A stretch of 64,000 nucleotides of DNA from a virus, in IMG/VR virus record IMGVR_UViG_3300042197_002243, one strand, 5' to 3'. Shown one piece after another: positions 8,901-18,992 of the stretch; the stretch's first letter is position 1, and each line of letters opens with the position of its first letter. Below the pieces are notes generated by a model. It was given only the letters and a program-made list of their open reading frames with translations, was not told where the DNA came from and searched no databases. A program made the translations under genes and the position numbers.

Positions 8901-10280
8901 CTATGGATTTCCAAATGGATTTGATTCAGAAAAGTCTACAATTTGATCTGCTTCAGATTCAATCGAATCGTTTTGAGCATATCTATCGACATTATCGTCT
9001 GTAGAATACGTCCTCAGTTTATATGCTGCAGACGATCCAGTTCCAGTTATAACGTCACCATTGACAAAATTTCCATTTATCTTATAAACATTAAGTTCTC
9101 CTGTAGGTGCATTCCAAGATTTAACCAATGCAGTTGTTCCACTAATACTTCCTGTGACAGTTTCTCCATGAATATAAGTACCAACACCAGAGGATGCTGG
9201 TGCCGCAATGGTAATAGTAGGTGTAACGGTATATCCAGCACCGGCGTTTACAATTCTAATTGAAGTTACAACACCAACAGTATTGATGTATGCTCTTGCT
9301 GTAGCATTAATACCTCCAGCAGGAGCTGCAGGAATAGTAATGATAGGTGGAGTTGCATATCCACCTCCACCACTTGTTACTGTGATTACTCCAACAACTC
9401 CATTGCCAATTGCTGCCGTTGCAGCCGCACCAGCGCCACCTCCACCAACAAATACAACACCAGGGGCAACAGTATATCCATATCCAGGATTTATAAGTTC
9501 GACCCCCTGAATTTTATTTGACGTTGTTCCATTACAATCAACAATTGTATCAATAAATGTTGCAATTCCAACTGCTGTTAATCCGCCAGCTGGGGCAGAG
9601 GAAATTGCAACTTGAGGAAGAGACGTATATCCATATCCTCTGTTTGTTACAGTAATCAAACGTACTGCGCCATTGAGTATTCCTGTAATTGCAGTTGCTG
9701 TAGTTCCGACTCCGACCAATCTTAATGTTTGCGTATATCCATCATTGAGAATATTATCATCAATTTCAGCAACATCGGTATTAAGTTCCTCATCCTCATA
9801 TCTGAAGAGCTCACATTTTAACTCATAAACATAAGTTTTTTGTAATTGATAAAATGGTTGCTCATGTTCTACGAATTTAATTTCAAACAATCTATCTCCA
9901 AGTGGAAACCAAATCAAATCTCCCTCTTTTGGTCTCGTAGATAATTCAACGTTAGGTCTATCTTTTATCAACGGTGTAATATAATTTTCAAATCTTTCTC
10001 TTGAAATTGTTACTGTTAGATCTGTTAATGGTTGAATACCAAATTTAGAAAGTATTGTTCCTTGCCCTTCGTATCCATCATACGTATTAACATAAGCTTC
10101 AATTGGGAGTGCCTGGGTGAATTTTGATTCGATGACTTCCCTTATAACACTTTTTTTTGTGATATATTTTCTTGGAATGTAATATATTTCAACCCCATAC
10201 ATGCGAAGTTGTTCGTTAATTAAGTCTTGAATTAACGATTGTTCGGTTTTAGACCCTTGAAGAAAAAATGGATTAAGCAT
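8901..10280 (-). CDS. g14: Neck protein (gp14-like) with inserted repeat domains
   Basis: EQ.LIQDLINEQLRMYG..YYIPR, RPKEGDLIWFP, C-terminal DFSESNPFG. Confidence 0.93.
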   Translation of the reverse strand: MLNPFFLQGSKTEQSLIQDLINEQLRMYGVEIYYIPRKYITKKSVIREVIESKFTQALPIEAYVNTYDGYEGQGTILSKFGIQPLTDLTVTISRERFENYITPLIKDRPNVELSTRPKEGDLIWFPLGDRLFEIKFVEHEQPFYQLQKTYVYELKCELFRYEDEELNTDVAEIDDNILNDGYTQTLRLVGVGTTATAITGILNGAVRLITVTNRGYGYTSLPQVAISSAPAGGLTAVGIATFIDTIVDCNGTTSNKIQGVELINPGYGYTVAPGVVFVGGGGAGAAATAAIGNGVVGVITVTSGGGGYATPPIITIPAAPAGGINATARAYINTVGVVTSIRIVNAGAGYTVTPTITIAAPASSGVGTYIHGETVTGSISGTTALVKSWNAPTGELNVYKINGNFVNGDVITGTGSSAAYKLRTYSTDDNVDRYAQNDSIESEADQIVDFSESNPFGNP

Positions 10281-10281
10281 A

Positions 10282-11127
10282 TTATCCGATCATGTCTAAT
10301 GGTGGTAATTCATAAGTATTAGACATTCTTTCCATAATGAGATCTATTTCTCTTTGAGCATCTTCATACATCTGTCTTCCATTCAATTCCACACCACCAG
10401 GCAATTTGACTCCTGTAAATTTCATCATGTTTTGACCCCACTGACGCTTAATCAATGCAGTCAAATATGGTTTTAAGAAAGAATCATTCCAAACTCTAGA
10501 ATAATCATTAGGATCTAATGTCCTAAAACAATCGATAATAATGTAGTTTCCAACAGCAGCACTTCCCCAATCAATATCAATATACAGTCTATCTTGTCTC
10601 TTATTAAATCTAATTTGCTTTTCTGTCGTTAATAAGAAATCGATATCTTCCAAATATGTTTTAACCATAGCATAGGTTAGAAGTTCAGTTGTACCCCAAT
10701 AGTAAATATCATTTAAGAATAACTGATATTTGACACTGAACATATTGTGAGTAATACTATTGGTGCCATCAAATTTATAAATTTTATTAACACCAATTAC
10801 TGATGGCGGAACTGGTAAATAATTTCCGTTTTCTTCAAATCTGAAAGTAGTACTATTTCCTAACGTTTCTGTTACTGTTGTTGTTGTAATTCCAACAGAA
10901 CCAGTATTCCCTCCTCTAGCTCTTCCCCTATCAATATCATCTTGAGTAATCTGATACTTCATGTATGTTTGATAAACCCCATCAAAGTGTCTTTCTTGAA
11001 AATACTGAACAGCATCATCAACAAGATCTTCTATTTGCTCATCAGCAACGTTGATTTCCAAAACTGGATATCCCAGTTTTCTTTTGCAGTAATCAATTAG
11101 TTCTTGTCTTGTGCTGGGTTGGGCCAT
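10282..11127 (-). CDS. g13: Neck protein (gp13-like)
   Basis: P.TRQELIDYC.R.LG.PV.EINV; ALIKRQWGQN..KF.GV.LPGGV.LNG. Confidence 0.95.
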   Translation of the reverse strand: MAQPSTRQELIDYCKRKLGYPVLEINVADEQIEDLVDDAVQYFQERHFDGVYQTYMKYQITQDDIDRGRARGGNTGSVGITTTTVTETLGNSTTFRFEENGNYLPVPPSVIGVNKIYKFDGTNSITHNMFSVKYQLFLNDIYYWGTTELLTYAMVKTYLEDIDFLLTTEKQIRFNKRQDRLYIDIDWGSAAVGNYIIIDCFRTLDPNDYSRVWNDSFLKPYLTALIKRQWGQNMMKFTGVKLPGGVELNGRQMYEDAQREIDLIMERMSNTYELPPLDMIG

Positions 11128-11291
11128 TTGAGTTCAGATAAAACTTCTTCTTGCTTGAGATATAACTTCACGAATGATTTAGCGAGATTTCTTAATTCGT
11201 CAATATCGCTTATACTATCTATATCACGAGCAACCTTTTCATATTCAAAAGATTTATTTAAATTTGTAAGTTGAATGTTATTTGGATTCAT
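11097..11291 (-). CDS. Small helical protein, possibly NblA-like
   Basis: 64 aa helix-loop-helix pattern (see findings); the ORF itself is well supported, the NblA call is weak. Confidence 0.55.
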   Translation of the reverse strand: MNPNNIQLTNLNKSFEYEKVARDIDSISDIDELRNLAKSFVKLYLKQEEVLSELKWPNPAQDKN

Positions 11292-11517
11292 AGGTCAAAA
11301 CTCTCAAAAGATTTTTAATTTCATCAATATCACCTTTCAATCTGCTCATATCATCTTCAAGTCTCTGAAGTTTTTGACCCTCAGATTCTTTTACTTGTTT
11401 TAAATTTTTATAATTTTGATAATCATTCATGTTGGTATTTAAAATTGCATTCGTAGAATTATCACGAACTAGACTAGTATAACCTTCAACTTTAGAAAAT
11501 TTTGTATTCATAATCAC
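11278..11517 (-). CDS. Conserved small hypothetical with C-terminal coiled coil
   Basis: KVEG...LVRD..TNAILN pattern; overlaps both neighbours. Confidence 0.75.
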   Translation of the reverse strand: MIMNTKFSKVEGYTSLVRDNSTNAILNTNMNDYQNYKNLKQVKESEGQKLQRLEDDMSRLKGDIDEIKNLLRVLTYESK

Positions 11518-14500
11518 GCAAGAGCAATAACTCGAAGATCTTTCAATCTTGGTGGATGAGCCATATCTGATGAAGAACCAATAAGTTTGATGCTAAAATA
11601 TCTAAAATCTGTTAGATTATTTACTGTAAAGATATACTCCTTATAATCGAGATTTTGACTCAGATTAGCAAGATTGTCAGTTTTTGCAATCTTAATATCA
11701 GATAATCCATCATTATTAGCAACGTTAATTATATTGCCCAAACTATCCAGATTATTCCATCCTGGGAATGGATAGTAGATTGCATTTTCTGTAGGATCTT
11801 TCATGATTGCATATAATGCTCTTAGATCACTATCTCTATTCACATACGCACTTACAATCACCTTCAGAGAAGATGCTGGAACTTCAAGTGCGATTGGATT
11901 TGATGCATAAACAAATCCAGATGGATCATCTTGAAGTGTGGAAACTCTGAAGTCTGTTGCATAGTCATCGATTGGACTATTAACTCTATTATTAATAAAG
12001 ATTGCAGACACTCTATCGAGATCAATTACTGGAGAAACATTGCGATCAATGGTACTCATCTTTACATTCATAGTGAATGATTTATTTCCTGGAAGAGTTG
12101 TTAATGCTGAAGATTCATTCACAGATGCAGCGATTATTCTTGGCGAAGATAAGTAATTATTCGATGTCAATACAATTGGTTCATAACCAGCATCCATATA
12201 CGATTCTTCAGTACCATCAACACTAGATCCAGTTACAGTTCTGATTGATGCAGAAACTGTAGTTGCTAGTAAGTTCATAATCTGAAGATTGGGTCTAATG
12301 ATAGAATATGGAATATTTTGTGTTGCATATACATTTGGTCCACCAGCAGATTTCGTTTGATCAATATAAAGTGGTGGGAATGATGTAGCTACACTTCTAT
12401 TAACTTGTCCTTGTGGAAGAGATGCAGTATTTCCTGCAGAACTTGTATCAATTTTAAGATAATAATAATCTAAATCATAAATTCGTGTTGACGAGAAACC
12501 AACATCTTGAAGCGTATGTGTTTTGTTTATTCTTCTTAGAGAAATGCCATTTAATTCGTATTTGAATACTGGAGTTCCTGCGGCATAGGTAAATGATTTT
12601 GTCTGATCAATTTGTCTTGTAATGCCAGTAAGGGTATTACCAACAACTCCTTCATAAGCAAGGATTTCATCTTCAATTTGAATATATCCTGGGTTGGTGG
12701 ATGCAACACTCACATTTTCAAATGTTTCAAATCCGCTTGCATTTGTAAGGATGATATTTCCAGAACTTTCTTTTGCATATGCAGTATTCAGAGTAGTTGG
12801 AGTTGAATCCGAATATACGCCAGAGATGGTGACATTATTGTTCAATGCGTACATACCATGGTTTTTATGATTTACTTTGATGTGTAAACCATCCGATGGC
12901 TCAGAGTCAACAGTAACATAACTTGCCGTTACTCCGCCACCATTCAAACTTGTAACTCCAACACCAGTTGCAACATAAGTAATGGTGCTTCCAGTTCCTG
13001 TTGTAAATGTGCCCTGAACATTATCTAAGATAATTTCTTTAATTCCTGTAATTTGTGGAATAGAAAGTCTTAAATTAGATCCAAGAGTGCTACCGCCAAG
13101 ACTGGAGACACTGAGAACATCACCAACACGATATCCAGATCCACCAGCATTAATTGTTGCTGCTACCGCAACATTACTTGAGATTGTAATGTTCGCTGTT
13201 GCATTTACACCAGATCCAGTTACATTGGTCAGAGAAACATTATTAAATGATCCATCAGAATAACCAATACCTGCATTTGTAATTGTCAGATTTCCAGTAG
13301 CAGATCCAGCAGCTCCAACATAATTGCCAGTAGCATTTGAATTTAACTGTCCAACAGTCGTACCAACAATAAAGTCTGTGCTTGTTGCAGTAGTTCCAAG
13401 ACCAACACGAACTTTTCTAGAATTCATTTCAATCGGATTAACTAACAAATTAGCAATTTGTTTGTTGCCAATACTCAATTGTGGATTGTAGAAATTGATA
13501 TCTCCAGTTTGATCCGTAAATACTGCTTGATACAGACTAAACTTAAGATCCTCATACTGGCTTGGTGTCCAAGTTGAGGCATTTTGCGATTTAAATAATG
13601 ATCCAAGAAGTGGTTGCTCAGTTACAAAAATTTGCTGAGATTCTGGCAATCCTGCAGTTGTTCTATCTACTTCACCAAGTCTAGAAATCCAAACTTGATA
13701 CGAAGTTGATTCGGAAAGGAGAACCACTGCATGTTCTTCGCCACCTTTGAGATATACTGGTGATGGGAATGTAACTGTTGTTTTAACACTGCCATCACCA
13801 GAGATATTAACGTCCTTTGGATCAATACTTACTTCACTGAATGGATATACTGTTCCAGTAGGTAATCCAAGGGACATTGGACGAAGTTGAACGGTTACTG
13901 GAAGTACATCATCCTTAGATGCAAAATACAAATCAATTTTTGTTACAAATAAACCACTTCCATTTGGAATATTAAATGATTGTGCTAAAGGATCTGGATT
14001 TGGTGCTGGAGCTTGAACAACTATAGTATTTGTAATGAATACTGGTTGTACTCTGGTCGAACTTGAAGACGTTGTAGAATTTGATTGAGATCTAGTATCA
14101 GATAATGTTGTCGATGTAAACTGAGGACTTCTGACTGAAGTAATAGTTTCTTGAACATTATTTAAAAGTCCTTGTGCATAATAATTTACTTCACCCTCAG
14201 TATATACTGATCCTGGTACTAATGAATTTGTTTTATCGTTGGTCAATTTAAACGTCTTAATTCCCGTTTCGAACGTTGGGTTCGTTGGTACATTTGGATT
14301 TGGAATTAAGTATGAACCAATAATTGTTCCAAGATTATCAGATACTAATCTTACATCCAATATTGTGGCTTCAGCACCACTCGTTAATCCTTTTAATTTC
14401 AATCCAGGTAAAACTCGTCCAAAGAATTGACCTTGAACTTGCTCAGAAAGACTTGCAACATCAACATTAAGAAGAGTAGAAGTTGCTGAATAAACTGAAG

Positions 14501-17500
14501 TTAAAGTTCCAGTTGCTTCTTGATCGTAAGGATTTTTTGTATAAATGTCGGTAGGATCATTAAATGGTCCATATTTGTGATTTGCTGTTGCAACTCTAAA
14601 TGAAATCTCAGTTGGGGTAGATCCTGGAGTGATATTCTGATTTATTGCCGAGGTTGCAAATGTTCCAACTACGGTTTCTCCAACTTGGAAAATACCAGAT
14701 ATCATTGAAATTTCAAGAAGCTTAGGAACAATGAATGAATTTACATCTTCACCATCAAAGAAAGCATACACTTGAGTATATGGTCTAAAGCGTTTAGCAA
14801 CAAACTCAACGTTTCTTGATCTCATAAATGTAACGAGCTCAGAAGATATTAAAGAATCTCCTTGAGAAGTTGTTGTTACTTGTTCAGTAAGTCTTAATTG
14901 TGTTCCGGTTCTTCTTTGATCTTCGGTGGTTGTTGTAGTAGTAAATGTTGTAGTAGTATCCCCAGAATTTTCTACGGTTTGTGAAGTGGATTGCCCAGTC
15001 CATGTTGTTTCCCATGCACCCCAATTGACAGGCCCAAGACCTGTTTGGGGATCAAATCCTTGAGATGCTAATTGTTGTTGTGTTGCAGTGAAATTGTCCT
15101 GAGTAATTGTTCTTGGTGCCACTCTAACCTGATCAGTCCAAACATCTGATGAAGGTGTCAACGAAATTGTACCTTCATAGTTTGTTACAAGATATGGCGT
15201 TACATTTTCAATTCTTGTGGCATAAGGTTGAATAATGAAAGAAGCTTCAGTATAATCTAATGTAACAACTTGACCAGTTCTTCTTACATTATTGCCAATT
15301 AAATCGCTAACAAATCTTAGATCAGCATTTGGATCTACAGAGGCACCAATTCCAACTAAAGACTTTGAACCAAGCAGTAAGTCAACTTCAGTAACATATG
15401 GTGAAGGTCTTAATTCCTGATTTTCTTGGTCGATCGAGTTTTTAATCGTTGTAGTTTTATTTTGGAAATTCGTTGTTCTAAAATTATCTACAAAGAAACC
15501 AGATTTAAATCTATCCAATCCATTAACATCTTTAATACTTAATGATTGGGTGTTTGCTTCTAAAAGATTTAATGTAGTATATGATTCTAGATTTTTAATT
15601 CTATCTTCAAGTCTAGAAATATCACTCATTTGATATCTCTTATGAGAAACTAAACTTACTGATGCCCTACTTACATCACAGAGATATGGTGGGAGTGCTA
15701 CCGATCCTATTTCAAGAGCATCATCCAAAGCTTTTGGTGGTCTTGGAGTTTCTGATGGATCTCCTTTGAGGAGTTGTAATCCACCATTTTTAGTTAAGAA
15801 AATTCTATCAATTCTTCCCAGATAATAATCAAATGAAAGTAAGATAGATTCATCAGATGCAAGAATATTTCTACCACAATTTTGAGCATCAGAAAACGTT
15901 CTTGATAAAAATTCAAATGGTGAACGAGATCCTGCAGCAACTGTATATTCAGATACTCTTGGTCGAATATCTATGATATCGCTATTTGCAACTTTTCCTT
16001 CTACTGGCGCAATATCACAGTAGTCATAATCGGTATAAGAATTTACAGTTGTAATGTCTCCAAGATCTGAAGATGCAAAACTTGCAGACTCAAAAACAAT
16101 TTTGATTTGTTTTGCTGGTTCTTTTGATACTGGATTTCTTACAATTTTGGAATAATCATAAATTGTATTCTTCTGAGAAGAATCTAAAGTAAAATCTGAT
16201 GTGATATTTTTATCAGACAAGGTAATTGCTGAAATAGTGGCATTAATTCCACTTTCTTCAAATTTTACAACTTCACCAGATTGGAATGACCTATCATTTA
16301 AATATACATAATTAACTTGAAGATCATTTACTTTATTTGTAAAAATTGCGGCAGCACCCGAAGTTTGTCCAACAAACTTTTCCCCAACCAATAAATCGTT
16401 AGTTTTATTGGTTGGGCCTGTCAATGAACTAAAAGTAACTGCTGATAAAGATGCTTCAGATGTTGTTGTTGATTCAAAAACACCATAAAGTTTTGTTACA
16501 TCAGGAACATTTAAACAAATTTCTTCGTCTTGAACTCTTGTTCCAAATGGGAATGTTCCATAAGTTAATCCATCATTGATAGTAGTTGACCCAATACCAG
16601 AGTGTTCATATTTTGACTTATTGATGATTAAAGTTTTAATTCTATTTTTATTTTTGGCTTTTGCCTTAACTTTAATCTTACGTAAAGTGGCAATAAGTCT
16701 TGCTCCACTATCATTTGATCCCAGTCCATAAATGGTCAATTGAGATCCTGTTGCATCAAATGAAAACTTATCCGCACGTAAAGTTTCAAATGTACCATCA
16801 GATCTTACTAATACATATCTTTCTTCGTCAAATGGTAAGAAAGTTTCATTTGCATCAGCAACTAGTGTATTTGATTGGTTACTTGAAATTGTAACTGCAA
16901 ATTCTTTCTTAATTGTAAGGTTAGAATCTGTTAAATCTACGGAACTAATGAAGTTCTTTGGAAGTTTTGTATATAAAGTGTTGTCGGTAGAAGTTTGGAA
17001 AGATGAACCCAAAATTGCAAGATCACTTACTGAACTTGCCGTTGAAGGAGGAGAACCCTCACAGATTCCAGTTACCGTTGTAACTCCAGTAACTACAATA
17101 GAATTTTGTGATACAGTTACAACTGTATTATATGTTGGAACTGTAGCCCCTGGAATAGTATACTTAACTAATCCACCAACCTTTACATTGTTTGTAAATG
17201 CAAAGTTGCTGTTACCAACGTTTAAACTGATACTGCTAATACCACTTGAAGATCTCGCAGTAACTGAAGCAAGTCCAACATTATATGTAATTGTTGGGAC
17301 AATATCTGCAGTAAATGATGTTGAAGATGTGCTAACGTTTGATATTGATTCTACATTTTGGATCGAATACTCTGTGACCGCAATTGATACTCTGCTTGTT
17401 GTTTCTACTCCATTAAAAACGAATTTTTCATTAGCGGCAAAAGAACCTTTTACTCCATATGCTGTAATGATGCCAGCATTGTTAACATCAAATCTGAGAT

Positions 17501-18986
17501 ATCCAGTTGCTCCGCTTGATTTTCCTTTAATATGAACTGGTGTTGTTAACGTTACATTTTGATTTAATGAGATTTCTGTATATGTTTCAATATCAAATAA
17601 AGAAATATCCCATTGATTTAATTTTAAGTTTGATGTATTATATGAACCAGACTCTAACGCATAATCATATACTCTTGCCAATCCAATTTCTTTTCCTGGA
17701 AGAGTAGAAGAAACAACTCCAACTCTAGAGTCTCTTAAACTTACAATGAAAGGACTTCCGAGATTTAAATTGGGAGCACCAAAAACGTTATTTAACGTAA
17801 ATGTTGGACCAGTTACGTATGCAAGGCTTGCATCTGTAATTGTTTTTGTTGTTCTTGGTTTTTCAAAGTCTAAGAAATTTGCAGATAAAGATTCTACTTC
17901 ATATCCTTTAACATACGCTTTCCCTGCACCAATTTTATAAGTACCTAAACTTTCTTTTGGAGTTTGATTGTTATATGTTAATTGATCTTGCTGAAATACT
18001 CCATTGTTTCCGAGATTATCATTTAAAGTTTCTTTTACTACAATATCAAATGGTCTGACATAATAGTCACCAGATTCTTCAGATGTTCTTCTTGCAAATT
18101 CTGTAGAAAGAATATTATATTGGGATGTTGCAGTTGTATTTTTTACTAATTCTCCACTTCTTACTTCTAATAAACTGACAAAATTCTCTGCAGTTGTTTC
18201 CGTTAATCCTTTTTTACTTAAAACTGCAGTAATTTTAAATCTATCAGCTCCTGGTGCAGCATAGTTAGAAAATCCTTTTGCATTATCATTTAAGGAATCG
18301 TCTTCATCTGCAGTGATCGTTTCTTCAATAATATCAAAACCTACCTTATAACTTGGAATATTTCCATATGCATCAAGAACTAAAATTTGATCAGATACTT
18401 CAACAAAATATCCACGTAAAAAATAAATTCCATTGCTGAGAATCGCAGCAGAGCCGTTTCCAGTGGCAGATGAAGTAGTGTTTGCAAATCCTTCACCACT
18501 TTGAATGATAACAGAATTTTGAGAATAACTTTCGTTTAAAGTTAATTTTTCATTATCAGAAAATACTTGTTGATCATTTAAACCAGAAGCCAAATAATTT
18601 ATATAAAGGGTTGTGTATTGATTATCCAATTCATTTTCTGGTAAAACATATAAAATTTGCGCCTGTACTTTAGATGAGTCGCCAGTTATTTTCTTACCTA
18701 CAAGATCATTAATATAAACACTTACATCGACACCAAGATATGAATTTTCAATCTTTACAAATTTATATTGATTCGTATAACTTAATTGTCCAGGGATTAC
18801 TACAGATCCTTCTTTAAATACGTGGTTCCCAAACTGTTCAATCTGATTTTTTAAAATAGATTGTAAAGTAGTTAATTCTCTAGCCTGAACAGGATATCCA
18901 GGTTTGAACAAAACCTTATAATAATTCTTAGTAGAATCAAAATCGTCAAAATATGGAGAAACGTTGAGATTGGTTGACTCTGGCAT
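11514..18986 (-). CDS. Giant virion structural protein (VrlC/DUF4815-type)
   Basis: NLNVSPYFDDFD...LFKPG.PVQARELT, APGADR, DRFKSGFFVDNF, DPLAQSF, C-terminal PRLKDLRVIALA; between g8 and g13. Confidence 0.88.
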   Translation of the reverse strand: MPESTNLNVSPYFDDFDSTKNYYKVLFKPGYPVQARELTTLQSILKNQIEQFGNHVFKEGSVVIPGQLSYTNQYKFVKIENSYLGVDVSVYINDLVGKKITGDSSKVQAQILYVLPENELDNQYTTLYINYLASGLNDQQVFSDNEKLTLNESYSQNSVIIQSGEGFANTTSSATGNGSAAILSNGIYFLRGYFVEVSDQILVLDAYGNIPSYKVGFDIIEETITADEDDSLNDNAKGFSNYAAPGADRFKITAVLSKKGLTETTAENFVSLLEVRSGELVKNTTATSQYNILSTEFARRTSEESGDYYVRPFDIVVKETLNDNLGNNGVFQQDQLTYNNQTPKESLGTYKIGAGKAYVKGYEVESLSANFLDFEKPRTTKTITDASLAYVTGPTFTLNNVFGAPNLNLGSPFIVSLRDSRVGVVSSTLPGKEIGLARVYDYALESGSYNTSNLKLNQWDISLFDIETYTEISLNQNVTLTTPVHIKGKSSGATGYLRFDVNNAGIITAYGVKGSFAANEKFVFNGVETTSRVSIAVTEYSIQNVESISNVSTSSTSFTADIVPTITYNVGLASVTARSSSGISSISLNVGNSNFAFTNNVKVGGLVKYTIPGATVPTYNTVVTVSQNSIVVTGVTTVTGICEGSPPSTASSVSDLAILGSSFQTSTDNTLYTKLPKNFISSVDLTDSNLTIKKEFAVTISSNQSNTLVADANETFLPFDEERYVLVRSDGTFETLRADKFSFDATGSQLTIYGLGSNDSGARLIATLRKIKVKAKAKNKNRIKTLIINKSKYEHSGIGSTTINDGLTYGTFPFGTRVQDEEICLNVPDVTKLYGVFESTTTSEASLSAVTFSSLTGPTNKTNDLLVGEKFVGQTSGAAAIFTNKVNDLQVNYVYLNDRSFQSGEVVKFEESGINATISAITLSDKNITSDFTLDSSQKNTIYDYSKIVRNPVSKEPAKQIKIVFESASFASSDLGDITTVNSYTDYDYCDIAPVEGKVANSDIIDIRPRVSEYTVAAGSRSPFEFLSRTFSDAQNCGRNILASDESILLSFDYYLGRIDRIFLTKNGGLQLLKGDPSETPRPPKALDDALEIGSVALPPYLCDVSRASVSLVSHKRYQMSDISRLEDRIKNLESYTTLNLLEANTQSLSIKDVNGLDRFKSGFFVDNFRTTNFQNKTTTIKNSIDQENQELRPSPYVTEVDLLLGSKSLVGIGASVDPNADLRFVSDLIGNNVRRTGQVVTLDYTEASFIIQPYATRIENVTPYLVTNYEGTISLTPSSDVWTDQVRVAPRTITQDNFTATQQQLASQGFDPQTGLGPVNWGAWETTWTGQSTSQTVENSGDTTTTFTTTTTTEDQRRTGTQLRLTEQVTTTSQGDSLISSELVTFMRSRNVEFVAKRFRPYTQVYAFFDGEDVNSFIVPKLLEISMISGIFQVGETVVGTFATSAINQNITPGSTPTEISFRVATANHKYGPFNDPTDIYTKNPYDQEATGTLTSVYSATSTLLNVDVASLSEQVQGQFFGRVLPGLKLKGLTSGAEATILDVRLVSDNLGTIIGSYLIPNPNVPTNPTFETGIKTFKLTNDKTNSLVPGSVYTEGEVNYYAQGLLNNVQETITSVRSPQFTSTTLSDTRSQSNSTTSSSSTRVQPVFITNTIVVQAPAPNPDPLAQSFNIPNGSGLFVTKIDLYFASKDDVLPVTVQLRPMSLGLPTGTVYPFSEVSIDPKDVNISGDGSVKTTVTFPSPVYLKGGEEHAVVLLSESTSYQVWISRLGEVDRTTAGLPESQQIFVTEQPLLGSLFKSQNASTWTPSQYEDLKFSLYQAVFTDQTGDINFYNPQLSIGNKQIANLLVNPIEMNSRKVRVGLGTTATSTDFIVGTTVGQLNSNATGNYVGAAGSATGNLTITNAGIGYSDGSFNNVSLTNVTGSGVNATANITISSNVAVAATINAGGSGYRVGDVLSVSSLGGSTLGSNLRLSIPQITGIKEIILDNVQGTFTTGTGSTITYVATGVGVTSLNGGGVTASYVTVDSEPSDGLHIKVNHKNHGMYALNNNVTISGVYSDSTPTTLNTAYAKESSGNIILTNASGFETFENVSVASTNPGYIQIEDEILAYEGVVGNTLTGITRQIDQTKSFTYAAGTPVFKYELNGISLRRINKTHTLQDVGFSSTRIYDLDYYYLKIDTSSAGNTASLPQGQVNRSVATSFPPLYIDQTKSAGGPNVYATQNIPYSIIRPNLQIMNLLATTVSASIRTVTGSSVDGTEESYMDAGYEPIVLTSNNYLSSPRIIAASVNESSALTTLPGNKSFTMNVKMSTIDRNVSPVIDLDRVSAIFINNRVNSPIDDYATDFRVSTLQDDPSGFVYASNPIALEVPASSLKVIVSAYVNRDSDLRALYAIMKDPTENAIYYPFPGWNNLDSLGNIINVANNDGLSDIKIAKTDNLANLSQNLDYKEYIFTVNNLTDFRYFSIKLIGSSSDMAHPPRLKDLRVIALA

Positions 18987-18992
18987 GATTTC

